A DNA stretch of 64,000 bases, taken from positions 27,528,001-27,592,000 of the forward strand of contig OZ024761.1 of the NCBI GenBank assembly GCA_964016885.1, given 5' to 3'. The notes beneath the pieces were generated by a model that saw only the letters and a list, made by a program, of their open reading frames with translations, was not told the DNA's origin and searched no databases. Numbering within the stretch: the stretch's first letter is position 1; every line of letters begins with the position of its first letter. Made by a program: the position numbers and the translations under genes. This DNA is from Eledone cirrhosa. Taxonomy: Eukaryota. Positions 60,593-64,000 of this stretch are shown here, piece by piece.

Positions 60593-61177
60593 TATATATA
60601 TATTTATATATATATTTTTATATATATATATATATATTTTTATATTTATATATATATATTTATATTCTTTATTATCATATATTTTTTAATTATTATTTTC
60701 TTTCTTTCTCTTCCTTACCTTTTCCTTCCTCCTTCCTTCTATTTTTTCCCAATCTCATATACCATAATGATAAAAGACTATATTCACAAGCTTATGCTTT
60801 CGCTTTTACAATTTGAATCTTGTGTAATTCTTGATAATTTGTTTTATGATTTTAAATAAATTATTATTTTCTATAATATTTCCTGAAGAGATATAGCTTA
60901 TAGTAAAACACTTATAACAGAGATACTTAACTGTTAATATCTGTTTTTTTTTCCTCTCCACTATTGATTAAATATTCTAGTCGGGTTGAAACTATCGTAG
61001 ATGTATAGATAAATGACAATAATAATATTATTATTAATTATTAACACTATACTCCTTATGATATCAACTAAGGTGAAATATCAAACGTAATATCCCACAT
61101 AGGTAGCCGGCCAAAAATATTAGCATTGAGTGCTCAAACTGATAAAACATCAGTAACAAAACATTACTAACTAAGAC

Positions 61178-61232
<55 letters not shown>

Positions 61233-61273
61233 GTTATATAGTTCATTTTCACCTGATGTTATACAATTCATTT

Positions 61274-61345
61274 TCACCTGATGAGATCAGTGATAATTGA
61301 TCGTGGCTTCACAATCGATCTATCTTATTGAAACATGTGTCGTGA
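61274..61345 (+). ncRNA. Minimal hammerhead ribozyme
   Basis: TCAC-CTGATGA-stem II-GAAA-C-ATGT-G-TC-GTGA (GUC site). Confidence 0.75.
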
Positions 61346-61388
61346 TTAAATGATTGGAATTTTACCTTGCCTTCGGATTTTCATTTTG

Positions 61389-61419
<31 letters not shown>

Positions 61420-61464
61420 ATGGAATACTGTTAGCTTCTCGCTACAACAATTTCTATACTTTTC

Positions 61465-61495
<31 letters not shown>

Positions 61496-61688
61496 GGAAT
61501 GTAATCTGAGTTTTTCGAATATTAATAATAATATTCGATTCGTTTGCAATTATGCAAACAAGCCTCATTTTAAAAGCCATTTCAGTAGAATGAGCCCCTC
61601 ATGTTCGAAACATTCAGATTACATTTATTGTATTCAACCATGTAGAGCGAAAATTTATTTTTTTAAAATTATATATATATATATATAA

Positions 61689-61727
<39 letters not shown>

Positions 61728-62019
61728 GGGTTCAATCGGGGGTAACGACAGTAAGTAAGGTACTCAACACATAGCAGAGAATAAATATTTAATATAGAAA
61801 TGGCTTCTACAGGACTAGAACTGTTTCTTTGAAGGAAATCATCTTCCTTCCAATTTCTATATTAACTATACGACATAGTGTCATGAAGAAATATATTAGT
61901 TTAACGCTTGATATGGTAGGAAAACAGTATTGACGTTTCGGACACTAGAAGAGACGAAGTAGAAAAATAGAAAATGAGAAAACTTTTCTTTAGAAAAAAC
62001 ACGTATGTATTCAGTCAGC

Positions 62020-62083
<64 letters not shown>

Positions 62084-62160
62084 TTGGATCGTCAAGTATA
62101 AAATTTGGAGAAATTTGTAGAAAAAAAAATCAAGTTTCTACAACTTTCATACTTGACGAC

Positions 62161-62164
<4 letters not shown>
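62084..62164. mobile_element. Tc1/mariner-type MITE candidate
   Basis: TA|TTGG(A/G)TCGTCAAGTAT(A/G)AAA terminal inverted repeats, TA flanks, 81 bp, no HHR core. Confidence 0.5.
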
Positions 62165-62227
<63 letters not shown>

Positions 62228-62420
62228 CGAAGTAAATGTGGTAAGGAACCAGATGGACCATAACGCACCAAAGTACACAATACTTAGGGTAGTAGAGTGA
62301 GTAGTCCAGAATTAGCCGTCGAAACGGCTTGAGCTCAGCCGTCGTGGTCCTACTCGTTCCTATATATATATATATATGGAATACTGTTAGCTTCTCGCTA
62401 CAACAATTTCTATACCTTTC

Positions 62421-62456
<36 letters not shown>

Positions 62457-62548
62457 TGGATATCCGTATGTTAAGGGGAGGCAATGAATGATTAACGTAA
62501 CAGCCATCCTCATCTTGATGTCATGTCTCCTGTAACATGAAATTTTAC

Positions 62549-62608
62549 CTTAGGTCATTTTTTGCTTCTCTTTCCACGCCCGAAACATCTCCGTATATTC
62601 GAACAAAT
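62549..62608 (-). other. Candidate 60-nt host exon
   Basis: T-rich tract + TTCAG acceptor, AAG|GTAAAA donor; open frame FVRIYGDVSGVEREAKNDL. No recognised homology. Confidence 0.25.
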
Positions 62609-63305
62609 CTGAACAAAGCCACAAGAAAAAAATAACATCAACCCCAAAAAACAAACGTGTGAAGATGAGTATAAAAACCAAATAAATAAATAAATAAAAT
62701 ACAACAAAAATAGACAAAATAAAGCTAATGCAAAAATAAAATAACCCGAAAAAATTTCGGCGAATGAATGGTTAACAAAAAATAACAAAATACCATGGAT
62801 AAAGGAAAGTAATATATAACGAAAGGACTAAAGACAAACAGACGAAAGGAAAAAGAAAAATACTTTTTCCCAACAAGCTACAGGCAAATAAGATATAAAA
62901 TATAATATAACACAACATAATATAATACAATAAGAGAGACATAGTTCTCAGTTTCTTGTAAGAATGGCGACGAAATAGAGAGGAAATATCTGACAGTTTT
63001 CTGGAAATGAGGTGAGAGAAAGATAACGAAAAAAATAAAAAAAAAATGAATGAAGGGAATCAATAGTAAAATAAATAGACATAAATAAAATTAACTCTGA
63101 AAAAAAAAAATGAAATAAAAAATAGAATAAACAGGTGAAAGAAAAAGAGGAAAAAAAAGAAAGAAAAAAGAAGAAAAATATATCCACGAAAAACAAATGA
63201 AAGAGATAGAAAAATATGAACAATCAGCGTATGTTGTTTTATTCAAAATTAAACAAATAAGAACGACCTAACAACATTGACCACACAGCGAAAAGATCGG
63301 GAGAA

Positions 63306-63380
<75 letters not shown>

Positions 63381-63415
63381 GCACATGTGTATATATATAT
63401 ATATATATGTGTGTG

Positions 63416-63452
<37 letters not shown>

Positions 63453-63502
63453 TTATGTATATATATATATGTATATATATATATACATATATATACATAT
63501 AA

Positions 63503-63556
<54 letters not shown>

Positions 63557-64000
63557 TTATATATATACATATATATTTATATATATACACATATGTATAT
63601 ATACATATATATATTTATATATATATACATATATATATTTATATATATATTTATATATATACTATATATATATATTTATATATATACACATATATATATA
63701 CATATATATATACATATATATACATATTTATTTATATACATATATATACATATTTATATATATATATTTATATATATATACATATATATATATATTTATA
63801 TATGTATACATATATATATATTTATATATATACATATTTATATATATATATTTATATATATATACATATATATATATATTTATATATGTATACATATATA
63901 TATATTTATATATATACATATATATATATATATATTTATATATGTATACATATATATATATATTTATATATATATACATATAATTATATATATTTATATA

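Noticed and set aside
61160-62460. CRISPR-like alternation of repeats and unique spacers
   Set aside because: The 'repeats' are variable-length (TA)n, the 'spacers' are transposon fragments, there are no cas genes, and the context is eukaryotic.

Overview
Eukaryotic, extremely AT-rich and repeat-dominated DNA. The SINE families, huge (TA)n/(TACA)n tracts and RTE/Penelope content suggest a coleoid cephalopod such as Octopus; this is an inference. No host protein-coding gene is demonstrable, and almost all listed ORFs are microsatellite artefacts. Recognisable elements: a near-intact RTE-clade LINE (11509-14941, one in-frame stop) nested in a SINE cluster that itself interrupts an older RTE fossil; a decayed Penelope-like element (PLE) with RT C-terminus and GIY-YIG endonuclease (42899-44235); two L1/Tx1 3' ends; a non-autonomous Helitron; about a dozen tRNA-derived SINE copies or fragments; RTE-5'UTR-derived non-autonomous elements; and several satellites. 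The main hidden signal is that many of the 100-700 bp 'unique' islands between (TA)n tracts are hammerhead-ribozyme (HHR) mini-elements from at least 10 families. By eye there are at least 15 canonical type I cores (CUGANGA...GAAA...UH, mostly with a minimal palindromic stem III) plus about 10 variant or decayed cores, including one family with a compensatory U3-A8 core. Many are inserted as fold-back palindromes made of a tailed arm and an inverted tail-less arm with family-specific endpoints. All folds were read by eye and have not been computed.
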